64,000 nt of DNA from Verrucomicrobiales bacterium (GTDB lineage Bacteria > Verrucomicrobiota > Verrucomicrobiia > Verrucomicrobiales > V1-33): positions 607 through 64,606 of the forward strand of contig JBBQWG010000036.1 of NCBI GenBank assembly GCA_038210825.1, in the 5' to 3' direction. Made by a program: the position numbers and the translations under genes. Below, in pieces: positions 27,443 to 37,059 of the stretch (the first letter of the stretch is position 1; the number at the start of each line of letters is the position of its first letter). The notes below the pieces were generated by a model that saw only the letters and a program-made list of their open reading frames with translations, did not search any database and was not told the DNA's origin.

Positions 27443-28909
27443 TTATCCAGCAAATGGCAGCACCGCCGCCAGCGCCAGGGTAATGAGCAGCCCGACCACA
27501 GAAACGATGGTCAAGGACACCGTCCAGGTGCGCAGGGTTTCTCTTTCCGTGAATCCGCTGAGGCGGCCCACGACCCAAAAGCCGCTGTCATTCATCCAGG
27601 AACACGCGAAAGCACCAAAACCCACAGCGAGAAAAAGATACATCCGGTTGCAGGTGAGGTCTCCTAACAGCGGCTCCAGCATGGCGGCGGTGGTCAGCAT
27701 GGCCACGGTGGCTGAGCCCTGGGCAATGCGCAGGATCACCGCTACCAGCCAACCGAGAAACAAAAGATTGATGCCGGATCCGGCAGTCGCCATGCGGATG
27801 GCTTCCCCCACCCCGGCATTGCGCAGCATATAACCAAACGCTCCCCCGGCGGCGGTGATGAGGATGATTACCCCGGCCGTTTCCAGCGGGGGACCCATCT
27901 TTTTCGAGAGTTCCCCCCCGCTGATTTTCGACTGCTTGACCATCAGCCAGAGCGCGAGCGCGGTCCCGGCGATCAGGGCGATGTTTTTGTTGCCAATAAA
28001 CTCCACGGCATACCCTGCCTGACGAAACCAATCCGCATTGGCAAACGCCGCCCAGTCCTTGCCATTCGCAGCATCTTTGATGGCGACGGTCCAGAAGGAG
28101 GCAAGGCTGATCAGCGCAATCGGCAACACCACCGGCATGATCGATCCCATGAAGCCGGGGAGTGCGCTTTCCGGTTTGTCCAAGGCGGCTTCAAGGGAGG
28201 AAATCGGCGTGTGCGGCGTCTCCCTGAGCGGAATCGGCGTGCGGGCGGCCACCCGCCGGATGAGCGGCCATGAAAACCCTACCGCGAGCGCGCCTACCAG
28301 AATCCCCGCGTAAAGCGAAGCCCCCAGATCTATTTGGAGACTGGCCACCATGGCATTGGGGCCGGGGTGCGGCACCGTCATGCTGTGGGTGGTCACGCCG
28401 GCGATGCAGATGGCGAGAACAAACAAGGTGAAATTCCCCTTCGTCCGCAAGGTCAGGGCCATGGCCAGCGGTGCCATCAGCATGAACATGGTATCGAAGA
28501 AGATGGGAATGGAGAGGAAGTAGGTGCTGACCAGCACCGCGATGGCGGCGCGCTTTTCCCCGAAGGCGGCGAGGAACCGCCGCACTACCTTGTCCGCTGC
28601 GCCGCTGTGCATCATGCTCATGCCGATCAGGGTGGCCATGCCGATCACAATGCTGATGTCCCCTGCGGTGCGCCCGAAGCCTTCCGTCACCAGTTCCACG
28701 GCCCGCAGCCACTTTCCTTTCTCCATATCCTTAAGGTCGGGCGGCAGCGAAGAGGACATCACCCCGGCCAGCAGGGCCGCCCCGATCAGCGCCAGAAAGG
28801 GATGCAGGCGAAGGATCGAAATGGCAATGATGACAAACAGCACCGAAGCCCCCAGCACGGCAAAAGGCCAATAAGGAGACGCCGTGGCGGAAGCAGCTAA
28901 AAAGGACAT
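27443..28909 (-). CDS. GntP family permease
   Basis: LHPFLAL, PHPGP, LRIAQGSATVA and WMNDSGFW motifs. Confidence 0.92.
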   Translation of the reverse strand: MSFLAASATASPYWPFAVLGASVLFVIIAISILRLHPFLALIGAALLAGVMSSSLPPDLKDMEKGKWLRAVELVTEGFGRTAGDISIVIGMATLIGMSMMHSGAADKVVRRFLAAFGEKRAAIAVLVSTYFLSIPIFFDTMFMLMAPLAMALTLRTKGNFTLFVLAICIAGVTTHSMTVPHPGPNAMVASLQIDLGASLYAGILVGALAVGFSWPLIRRVAARTPIPLRETPHTPISSLEAALDKPESALPGFMGSIMPVVLPIALISLASFWTVAIKDAANGKDWAAFANADWFRQAGYAVEFIGNKNIALIAGTALALWLMVKQSKISGGELSKKMGPPLETAGVIILITAAGGAFGYMLRNAGVGEAIRMATAGSGINLLFLGWLVAVILRIAQGSATVAMLTTAAMLEPLLGDLTCNRMYLFLAVGFGAFACSWMNDSGFWVVGRLSGFTERETLRTWTVSLTIVSVVGLLITLALAAVLPFAG

Positions 28910-29120
28910 GCGCAGTGGCTATCTGAAATCCGGGGAATTGGGCAACCAAAATATCTCACCGGCGGCTGGGGGCTTTTAAGCCCCTGGGAACAGGATGCCG
29001 CGGCCAAGGATGCGGACTGGAACCATCCTGCATGTCCGGCGCGCAAAGCAAAAACTTTCCGGTTTCCGCCGGGGCGGGATGCGGCATGATGATTTCCCTC
29101 CAATTTCCCAACCCCTATTT

Positions 29121-30491
29121 ATGATCAAAGTCGGACTCGTCTCCCTGGGCTGCGCCAAAAACCTTATCGACAGCGAAATCATGATCGGCCACCTGCACAA
29201 GGCCGGCATGGAGATGACCGCCAATGAAGAGGAGGCCGACGTCCTGATCGTGAATACCTGTTCCTTTATCGACATGGCCAAGCGCGAAAGCATCGGCACG
29301 GTGCAGGACGCGGTGGATGCCCGGGGCGGGGACCAAAAGCGCAGGAAGCAGAAAATCATTGTGGCAGGCTGCCTTTCCCAGCGGTTTTCGAAGGAATTGC
29401 CAGGCCTGATGCCGGAAGTGGATGCGTTTATTGGCCTCGACCAGATCACCCAGGTGGCCCCTATCATTGAAGGGCTTCTCGGCAAAAAGCGCACGGAAGA
29501 GGAAGATCCGGAAAACCTCGTCACCAGACAACCGCGTTATATTCCCGACTACGACACTCCGCGCTTCCGCCTCACGCCGAAACATTCGGCTTATGTCAAA
29601 ATCGCCGAAGGCTGCAACCACACCTGTTCCTTCTGCATCATCCCGAAGATCCGCGGACGCCACCGCAGCCGGACCCAGGACAGTGTAGTGCGGGAAGTAG
29701 AACAATTGGTGGCCAGCGGTGTCCGGGAAATCAATCTGATCTCGCAGGACCTGACCTATTTCGGCATGGACAAATGGACGGAAGCCCGGCCCAATCCACG
29801 CAGCCCGGTGGACAGCACCCGCGGCGAATCCCTGGCCACCCTGCTGCGCGCCCTCAATGCCATCCCGGGCGATTTCTGGATCCGCCTGCTCTATACGCAC
29901 CCCGCGCATTGGAGCGATGAATTGATCCAAACCATCGCCGATTGCCCCAAGGTCGCCCGCTACGTCGATATCCCGCTCCAACACATTTCCGACCGCATGC
30001 TCACCATTATGCAGCGCGAGACCAGCGGCGACTACATCCGCCAGCTCATCGCCCGGATGCGTGCCGGCATCCCCGGCCTCGCCATCCGCACGACGTTCAT
30101 CGTCGGTTTCCCCGGCGAGACCACTGCAGACTTTGAGGAACTCCTCAACTTCATCAAGGAAACCAAATTCGAGCGCGCCGGCGTGTTCCGCTACAGCAGC
30201 GAGGAAGGCACCAAAGCCTACAAACTCGATGGCCGGGTCCACCACAAGACCACCGAAAGCCGTTGGAACAAGGCCATGCGCGAACTCCAGCTCATCGCCG
30301 AGGAATTCAACGCCAGCCAGGTCCAGCGCACCATGCGCGTGCTGGTGGAAAAACCCGGCGTCGCCCGCACCGAAATGGATGCCCCGGAAATCGACGGCAC
30401 CGTCTTCGTGGACCAGACCCTGCCAGTCGGTGAATTCGCCGAAGTCACCATCGGCGACTGGCGCGGGTATGATCTCGTGGCAGCGCGCTAG
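29121..30491 (+). CDS. rimO: Ribosomal protein S12 methylthiotransferase
   Basis: SLGCAKNLIDSE, VNTCSFI, radical-SAM CNHTCSFC, APEIDG. Confidence 0.95.
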   Translation: MIKVGLVSLGCAKNLIDSEIMIGHLHKAGMEMTANEEEADVLIVNTCSFIDMAKRESIGTVQDAVDARGGDQKRRKQKIIVAGCLSQRFSKELPGLMPEVDAFIGLDQITQVAPIIEGLLGKKRTEEEDPENLVTRQPRYIPDYDTPRFRLTPKHSAYVKIAEGCNHTCSFCIIPKIRGRHRSRTQDSVVREVEQLVASGVREINLISQDLTYFGMDKWTEARPNPRSPVDSTRGESLATLLRALNAIPGDFWIRLLYTHPAHWSDELIQTIADCPKVARYVDIPLQHISDRMLTIMQRETSGDYIRQLIARMRAGIPGLAIRTTFIVGFPGETTADFEELLNFIKETKFERAGVFRYSSEEGTKAYKLDGRVHHKTTESRWNKAMRELQLIAEEFNASQVQRTMRVLVEKPGVARTEMDAPEIDGTVFVDQTLPVGEFAEVTIGDWRGYDLVAAR

Positions 30492-30683
30492 GGGCCGTTC
30501 CCGTCAATTTGAGGGGCAACGCCCCATCCCCGACCCGACGTTGGAATGCCGATTCATGTCCGGCTGCCAACGTAGCCCGACTTTCCAAAGACAAGTCCCG
30601 GCATCTGAATGCCCACCCATCAACAGGGCCTTCAAAACCCTCGCACATTTATCCTTTGCGATAGAGCCGGAAATGGTAGCCGG

Positions 30684-31592
30684 TCAATCATTCCGGTGGA
30701 ACCGTCCGTCGCCGGCGAGGCGGGGGGAGCCGTCGTCATCCGGGATCGGCTGGAGGAATTTCTTTTCCACGAGGAAGGCATCAGCCTCACTGATCGTGAG
30801 TTCGTAAAGGCGGGGATTGACGTTGAAGTTGAAGAAGCCGTGGCCCTGGGTTTCGAAGGGCCGGAGTTTGCAGGTGTTGCCGCGCCACCACATCTTGCGG
30901 CGGAAACGCTGGCTGTTTTCGTAGGGGACCACGCGGTCGGCGGTGCCGTGAAAAATAATCATGGGCGGCATGCGGCGCCGCGGATGTTTCATGAGGTCTG
31001 CCCGGCGCGCCATTTTTTTGTCAGGAAACTTGGAGCGCCCCACGCCCTTTTTGGTGAAATCCAAAATCGGACTGAACAGGATAAGGGCATCCGGAATGCA
31101 GGAAATCGCCGGATCGTCAGCGGGATCATCAAAGTCTTTGAGCATGGCCGCTGCCAGCGCGGCATGGGCTCCGGCCGCAGCCCCGCAGGTCACGATGGCA
31201 TCCGGCCGCACGCCGAGGTCCTCGGCATGATGGCGGGCCCAGCGGATCGCGCTGCGGACATCCGCCATGGCGTCGGCGGGGGTGGCGGCGGGGAACCGGG
31301 AAGTGACGCGGTAGTCAAACAGCACCGGCTGCATGCCCCGGTTGGCAAAATACAAACAGTGGGGAGCAAACTGGCTGACAAGACCGGAGTCCCAGGTGCT
31401 GCTGTAAAAAAACAGGATGGCGGGACGTCCTTCCGGGGGAGCCTCGCCGGGAACAGGAAAAACGTAGGCCTCCATATCCACCCCGTCGGATTGTTTGTAG
31501 GCGTAGCAGGTGGTGTCGGCGAGCAGCGTCCGGTTGCGGTCCATCATGGACAGCGGGTCTACGGCTCGGCGCATCGCGGGGCGGGAAGGCAT
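30684..31592 (-). CDS. Alpha/beta hydrolase fold protein (HSL/esterase-like) lacking the catalytic Ser
   Basis: DYR, AMADVRSAIRW, HGTADRVVP and GHGFFN present; the nucleophile elbow reads GAAAG. Confidence 0.85.
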   Translation of the reverse strand: MPSRPAMRRAVDPLSMMDRNRTLLADTTCYAYKQSDGVDMEAYVFPVPGEAPPEGRPAILFFYSSTWDSGLVSQFAPHCLYFANRGMQPVLFDYRVTSRFPAATPADAMADVRSAIRWARHHAEDLGVRPDAIVTCGAAAGAHAALAAAMLKDFDDPADDPAISCIPDALILFSPILDFTKKGVGRSKFPDKKMARRADLMKHPRRRMPPMIIFHGTADRVVPYENSQRFRRKMWWRGNTCKLRPFETQGHGFFNFNVNPRLYELTISEADAFLVEKKFLQPIPDDDGSPRLAGDGRFHRND

Positions 31593-31731
31593 GGGGCGTC
31601 TGGGAGAATATTAGGTCCCCTCAGGGGGGCTGCCTTGGTAGGCGGGCCACCATGAACTGGCAACCGAATTTCCCAGGGAGTCCAAGCAATCGCCGCGCCA
31701 CTTTTCACTTTCCCGCTGGTTTCATGGCTTG

Positions 31732-31895
31732 GACTGGCTGACCGGCTGACCGGCTGACCGGCTGACTGGGGGACTGGGGGACTGGGGGACTGGGGGACTG
31801 GCGGGCTGGCGGGCTGGCGGGCTGGCGGGCTGGCGGGCTGGCGGGAAGCCGGACTGACGTGACGCTGAACCGACGGGAAGCTGAACCGACGGGAA
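31732..31895 (+). repeat. Compound 8-bp microsatellite plus a 16-bp duplication
   Basis: In-phase units GACTGGCT, (GACCGGCT)x3, (GACTGGGG)x4, GACTGGCG, (GGCTGGCG)x5; then GCTGAACCGACGGGAA x2 at 31864-31895. Confidence 0.95.
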
Positions 31896-32328
31896 GCTGG
31901 AAGCAGGAGAGAGGGATCAGGCGCGCGGGATCATAAGCCGGGATCTCCGGCCGCAGGCGGGCGGCGAGGGCAGGGGACCAATTGCGGGATTCCTTACCCC
32001 CCTTTGGCGAGCTGCCAGGCTCCCCAAGCCCGGTGGTTGGAATCAGCCTATAAAACGAGCACGCTATAAAGCCGCCCGCTTTCCGCACCATTGGCAATCG
32101 CTGGGCCGGGACCTAATTGAGTGGCGACAGTTGTAAGATCCGGTGCAGGGTTCGGGCGGTTATTTCGTTGCTTTCGGATAATCCCATGACTACAAGGTAT
32201 TTATGAAAAATTTTACAGTTTTTAAGGAACTGGATTGGCCATGAATAGCTGCTTTTGGTCCTCATTGTTGCTTCGGTTCAGTTGCATTGCGTTTCAAGGC
32301 AGTTTTTCGACGGTGCCCCCCGTCAAAA

Positions 32329-32345
32329 TGCGTCAATATGACGCA
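32329..32345. promoter_or_regulatory. Palindromic operator-like site
   Basis: TGCGTCA-ATA-TGACGCA within an AT-rich intergenic stretch. Confidence 0.35.
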
Positions 32346-32651
32346 AATTTACTTGGATGTGACCTTCAATTCAGAAACTGGTTCGGGATGCTTAAATGCC
32401 AAGTTTACTTCGTAATTTCCAATTCTTAATAGCACGGAAAGCTTTGAAGAATTTGTGCTTTCAGACGCGAGTCATGTCTCTGAATAACTGGTTTTCAAAG
32501 CCATAGCCAGATGCGGCGGGAAAATGGTCTTTTCCAGAAATTTCGTCCAAATTGGGGTCAGTTTGACTTGGCGAAAATGAGAATCGGTGGGTGGATTCCA
32601 CGGCTGAAGCGGAAATCACGGGAAGGAGGATTCCGCCGCGTCGCCGCAACC

Positions 32652-33725
32652 TTAACGCGCTTGGGCCAAGGTGTCGAGATAATCGCGAATCGCCAACGGG
32701 AAGAGTTCGTGTTCGGCGGCTTGGATCCGGCGGCGGACATCGTCCACAGTATCCCCAAGATGAAGGGGAACCCGGGCCTGGGCCAGGATGGGGCCGGTGT
32801 CGATCCCGGCATCGATCAGATGCACCGTGCAGCCGGTCTCGGTGACGCAGGCTTCATACGCTTGGACCCATGCTTCGCGTCCGGGAAAAGCCGGCAGCAG
32901 GGAGGGATGAATATTGACGATTCTTCCCGCAAACTCCGATAAGACCGGATCTTTGAGTCGGCGCATGAATCCGGCGCAGACGATGAGGTCGCAGCCCGCT
33001 GCCTTGAATTTGGCGCTGACCGCCTCCTGGGCCTCCGGGCCAAACCGGTTCGGATGCGGTCCTGGATCAATCCATTCGGCCGGAATCTTCCGGGCCCGGG
33101 CCCGCTCGAGAATTTTGGCGTGGGGATTATCCGAGAGCACCAGCACCACTTCGGCTGGCAGGATACCGGTGTCGATGGCGTCCAGGAGGACCCCGAAATT
33201 GGATCCTTCGCCGGATCCCAGGATGCCCAGGCGAGGGAGGCGCCCGGTTTTTTCCGGCAGGGCCATCCTTGCGAGGGTCGCGGTAGTGGAGCGGCCCTTC
33301 AGTTCCGGGAGGAGATGAATTCCAGTTCCATTCGCTTCCAAGGCAGCACGTTCCTCCGGATTCAGGGAATCCAGGGTGTAATCGCCTCCTTTGGCAAACA
33401 GGTGCGGGCGGATCTCCTGGATGAGCGCCGTGGTGCGGGGTTCGTCAAAAATCACCACGGCATCCACGGCCCGCAGGCCCAGCAACACTTCGGCGCGGTC
33501 CGCTTCGGAATTGACGGGGCGGGACGGGCCCTTGATGAGACGGACCGAGGCGTCCGAATTCAGGGCGATCACCAAGGCGTCGCCCAAGGCCTTGGCTTGG
33601 TCGAGATACCGGACATGGCCGGCATGCAGCAGATCGAAGCAGCCGCTCGTGAAAACCAGCCGTTTGCCTGCGGTATTGAGCTGGTCCCGCCAGGCAGCGG
33701 CCTCTGATACGGTTAGAACGGGCAT
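32652..33725 (-). CDS. purN: Fusion of RfaE domain II-type nucleotidyltransferase and phosphoribosylglycinamide formyltransferase
   Basis: N-half: GCFDLLHAGH, ALNSDASVRLIKGPSRP, KGGDY, RSTT. C-half: LGSGEGSN, LIVCAGFMR, NIHPSLLP, GCTVH...DTGPI. Confidence 0.9.
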   Translation of the reverse strand: MPVLTVSEAAAWRDQLNTAGKRLVFTSGCFDLLHAGHVRYLDQAKALGDALVIALNSDASVRLIKGPSRPVNSEADRAEVLLGLRAVDAVVIFDEPRTTALIQEIRPHLFAKGGDYTLDSLNPEERAALEANGTGIHLLPELKGRSTTATLARMALPEKTGRLPRLGILGSGEGSNFGVLLDAIDTGILPAEVVLVLSDNPHAKILERARARKIPAEWIDPGPHPNRFGPEAQEAVSAKFKAAGCDLIVCAGFMRRLKDPVLSEFAGRIVNIHPSLLPAFPGREAWVQAYEACVTETGCTVHLIDAGIDTGPILAQARVPLHLGDTVDDVRRRIQAAEHELFPLAIRDYLDTLAQAR

Positions 33726-33791
33726 CGATTCACAAAAAGCTGGCGCTGCCTGAAAACGTGCCGGGGGAGGAGGTGGAGGGCCCTGGAGGAG

Positions 33792-34655
33792 TTACTGGCC
33801 AGGTTCAGGAAGCACCGGTGGGGGCAGCAGGGAATCGGTCTTTTCCAATGGGGTTTCCGGAGTCAGGCTGGTCCCGTCCAAGGGGGCGGCGGCATCATCA
33901 CCCAGCAGCCCGGGAGTGGAAATGGCTTGATTCAGGGCATCCATGGAAGGGGGGGCCGTATTTTCTCCGGGCAAGCCGGGAGGAGCGGCCGCAGGTTCCG
34001 GGACGTAATCCACGGGAACGGGAGGGGTAATTTTGACCTGCTTCAAACGCTGCTCGGCAATGGCAAACATCCGGTCCCCGCCGTGTTTGGTGAGCAATTC
34101 CTGATAGAGTTTTTCGGCATCGGCGGTTTTGCCTTCCTGCCATGCCTGGTCTGCGATGCGGAGCAGCGCCAAAGCGGCATAAGGAGATCCGGCAGTATTG
34201 GAGAGTTCCTGGAAACCGCTGACGGCATCCTGGGTCGCACCCTGCTGAAGTTGGGTGTCGGCGAGGCGGAATTTGGCAAGGTCTGCCAAGGGATGCTGCG
34301 GATAGGTGCTGAGGAGTTTTTTCAATTCCTCCACTGCTTCCTTGGGTTTGCCTTCCCCGTTGAGGAGCAGCGCCGCGTTCAGCAGGGCATTCCCGGCGGC
34401 GGTTTGCCCGGCGTGGCTGGATGCGACGGTGCGAAGATCGCCCACGGTCTGGGCCCTGGTGAAGGCAAGGGCAGCCTCCTTGTGTTGCCCTTCCTTCCAG
34501 AGTTTGTTGCCTAGATACCCCACGGAGCCGACCACCGCGAGCACGACGACGAGGATGAGTTGCTTGCGATAACGGATCACGGCGTCCTCCAGCGGGCTGT
34601 GCTCATATTCGAGTTCAGCGACGGGGACGGCAGGGTTGTTGGGATCTTGGGCCAT
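33792..34655 (-). CDS. Membrane-anchored TPR protein (YfgM-like)
   Basis: Single N-terminal TM helix, TPR-like helices, Pro-rich tail. Confidence 0.75.
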   Translation of the reverse strand: MAQDPNNPAVPVAELEYEHSPLEDAVIRYRKQLILVVVLAVVGSVGYLGNKLWKEGQHKEAALAFTRAQTVGDLRTVASSHAGQTAAGNALLNAALLLNGEGKPKEAVEELKKLLSTYPQHPLADLAKFRLADTQLQQGATQDAVSGFQELSNTAGSPYAALALLRIADQAWQEGKTADAEKLYQELLTKHGGDRMFAIAEQRLKQVKITPPVPVDYVPEPAAAPPGLPGENTAPPSMDALNQAISTPGLLGDDAAAPLDGTSLTPETPLEKTDSLLPPPVLPEPGQ

Positions 34656-34695
34656 GGAAGGGGGAAGACGGGAAAAAGAAGGAGGCGAATCGATT

Positions 34696-34765
34696 GGACT
34701 GGACTGGACCGGACTGGAGTGGACTGGAGTGGAGTGGAGTGGAGTGGAGTGGAGTGGAGTGGACT
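34696..34765 (+). repeat. Pentanucleotide microsatellite (GGA[C/G]T)x14
   Basis: 14 contiguous units GGACT/GGAGT/GGACC between cysK and the TPR gene. Confidence 0.95.
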
Positions 34766-34775
34766 GTGCTGGGGA

Positions 34776-35741
34776 TTAGGAACCCACTTGGGCGCGGGCC
34801 TCATCGGCGAGGGCTGTCGATAGGTAGCGCTCGCCGGTCGAGCAAGCGATGGTAACGATCAGTTTTCCTTTGTTTTCCGGCCGGTTGGCCACCTGAAGAG
34901 CGGCATGAACGTTGGCTCCGGTGCTGATCCCGACCAGCATGCCTTCCTCTTTGGCGAGCCGGCGGGCCATGGCGATGGCGTCGTCATTGGACACCTTGAT
35001 GACTTCATCCACCAGCTTGAGGTCTAAATTGTTTGGGACAAATCCAGCTCCGGTCCCTTGGATTTTATGGGGGGCAGGCACCACGGGTTCCCCGGCGAGA
35101 GTTTGGGAAATCACCGGACTGGCTTCCGGTTCCACGGCGATCGCCAGCAGGCCGGGCTTTTTGGCCTTCAGCACGCGGCTGCTGCCGGTGATGGTGCCTC
35201 CCGTGCCGACGGCACTGACGAGAATGTCGATGGCACCGTCCGTGTCCTCCCACAGTTCCACGGCCGTGGTGGCTTCATGGATGGAGGGGTTCGCGGGGTT
35301 GTTGAATTGCTGGGGCATGTAGGCTCCAGGGGTCGCTTCAAGGATTTCCGTGGCCTTTTCGATGGCTCCCTTCATACCCTTGGGTCCGGGGGTCAATACC
35401 AGCTCTGCGCCCAGCATGGCCAGCAGGGTGCGGCGCTCCAACGACATGGTCTCAGGCATGGTCAGAATGAGTTTATACCCCTTGGAAGCCGCTACAAAGG
35501 CGAGAGCGATGCCGGTATTGCCACTGGTGGGTTCCACAATAACCGTATCCTTGGTGATTAGCCCTTTGGCTTCGCCGTCGGCGATCATGCTCATTCCGAT
35601 CCGGTCTTTCACGCTGCCGAGGGGATTGAAGAATTCACATTTCAGGGCGATGGTGGCTCCTGCGTCCTTGGTAATGTGATTGAGGCGGACCAGCGGAGTG
35701 CGGCCGACGGTTTCAACAATATTATTATAGAGACGTCCCAT
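34776..35741 (-). CDS. cysK: Cysteine synthase A
   Basis: [28 protein letters not shown] and GERYLST motifs. Confidence 0.97.
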   Translation of the reverse strand: MGRLYNNIVETVGRTPLVRLNHITKDAGATIALKCEFFNPLGSVKDRIGMSMIADGEAKGLITKDTVIVEPTSGNTGIALAFVAASKGYKLILTMPETMSLERRTLLAMLGAELVLTPGPKGMKGAIEKATEILEATPGAYMPQQFNNPANPSIHEATTAVELWEDTDGAIDILVSAVGTGGTITGSSRVLKAKKPGLLAIAVEPEASPVISQTLAGEPVVPAPHKIQGTGAGFVPNNLDLKLVDEVIKVSNDDAIAMARRLAKEEGMLVGISTGANVHAALQVANRPENKGKLIVTIACSTGERYLSTALADEARAQVGS

Positions 35742-35844
35742 GGCGGTGGTAAAAGTGAAGGATGAAGTAAAAAGTTGGTCCGGGGTCGGGCGGGCAGAGT
35801 GGGCGGGGCGGCGCGGGGGTGCAACAATATTTTCAGCATTACTT

Positions 35845-35872
35845 TTGACAACAGAAAGAACAGGGCTTCAAT
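35845..35872 (+). promoter_or_regulatory. Putative sigma70 promoter in the cysK / PCD divergent region
   Basis: TTGACA-16 bp-TTCAAT. Confidence 0.3.
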
Positions 35873-35957
35873 GCGCGCCAATCCAGCGGGGCCCGCGTAT
35901 CTCCATCCGCCACCCTCCTCCTGGCCAGATCCCCTCCCATTTCTCCCATTTCCCATC

Positions 35958-36239
35958 ATGGACGTCCTATCCAAAGAAGACCTCAAGCGCCTCCTCAAAA
36001 AAGTCCCCGAGTGGGAAATTGACGGCAAAAAAATCGTCCGCTCCATTGAATTCGATGGCTTCACCGAAGCCGTGGATTTCCTCAATGAAGTGGCGGAAGT
36101 CGCCGAAGACGAAGGGCATCATCCCGACGTGGATATCCGCTACGGCAAAGTGGTCCTGATGCTTACCACCCATGATGCCGGCGGCGTCACCGAAGCTGAT
36201 GTGGAAGTGGCCCAGCGCCTCGACAACCTCATCGACTGA
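35958..36239 (+). CDS. phhB: Pterin-4-alpha-carbinolamine dehydratase
   Basis: AEDEGHHPDV and LTTHDAGGVT motifs. Confidence 0.93.
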   Translation: MDVLSKEDLKRLLKKVPEWEIDGKKIVRSIEFDGFTEAVDFLNEVAEVAEDEGHHPDVDIRYGKVVLMLTTHDAGGVTEADVEVAQRLDNLID

Positions 36240-36466
36240 GCTGCCACGGTCGACCACGGCCGGCCTGCCAATGTCCTGCCACCGCATGCACCGTCCCGGG
36301 TTCTGCCTGTGAATATCAGGTTGAGCGCGGGGCTTTGCCTGTTATGGTCGCCGTTCCCCGGCCCATGGCGCGGCTGCTTCCGGCATGTTTGCCAGCAGCC
36401 CGCTTCCCGCCTGAACTCCTGCCACCTCTCCCCCTGAAATTCCGATCCTTGTTTCCCTTCCGTTCC

Positions 36467-37045
36467 ATGAGCGAATCCACCCCTCCTGCCGACACCCCCG
36501 TATCTGCCGATCCTGAAGCGGAACCCTCCGCAGTGTATTCCGACGTCACTGATCCGGAGGCCGGAGCCGATCCCTTGAATCAGGCCCTGATGGACGCCGC
36601 CCAATGGAAGGATGCAGCGCACCGTGCGGCGGCCGAACTGGACAACTACCGCAAGCGCACTGCCCGGGACCTGCAGGAAACCGTAAAATACGCCAATGCC
36701 GGGCTCCTCGAGAGCCTCCTGCCGGTGTTGGACAATTTTGACTATGGCATGGCCGCAGCCAAAGCGGAGTCCGAAGGTTCGAACCTCTACGTCGGCCTCA
36801 GCATGGTCCTGCGCCAGGTGCAGGACTTTCTCAAGGACCAAGGCGTGCAGGAAATCACCGCCATCGGTGCCCCCTTTGATCCGAATCTGCATGAGGCCGT
36901 TTCCACGGAAGCCAGCGCCACGGTCGCTGAAGGATCGGTGATTTCCCAAACCCGCAAGGGCTATAAACTGCGCGACCGCCTGCTCCGTCCGGCTTCCGTG
37001 GTAGTTTCCAGTGGCCCGGCCCCCGCCGCCAGCCCTTCTGCCTAA
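36467..37045 (+). CDS. grpE: Nucleotide exchange factor GrpE
   Basis: [26 protein letters not shown] and [12 protein letters not shown] motifs. Confidence 0.96.
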   Translation: MSESTPPADTPVSADPEAEPSAVYSDVTDPEAGADPLNQALMDAAQWKDAAHRAAAELDNYRKRTARDLQETVKYANAGLLESLLPVLDNFDYGMAAAKAESEGSNLYVGLSMVLRQVQDFLKDQGVQEITAIGAPFDPNLHEAVSTEASATVAEGSVISQTRKGYKLRDRLLRPASVVVSSGPAPAASPSA

Positions 37046-37059
37046 CTTTTCTCCCCTAC

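Noticed and set aside
32160-32650. AT-rich region as oriC
   Set aside because: No cluster of TTATCCACA-type DnaA boxes and no dnaA, dnaN or gidA nearby.
31732-34765. Tandem repeats as CRISPR arrays
   Set aside because: Units are 5-16 bp with no unique spacers, and there are no cas genes.
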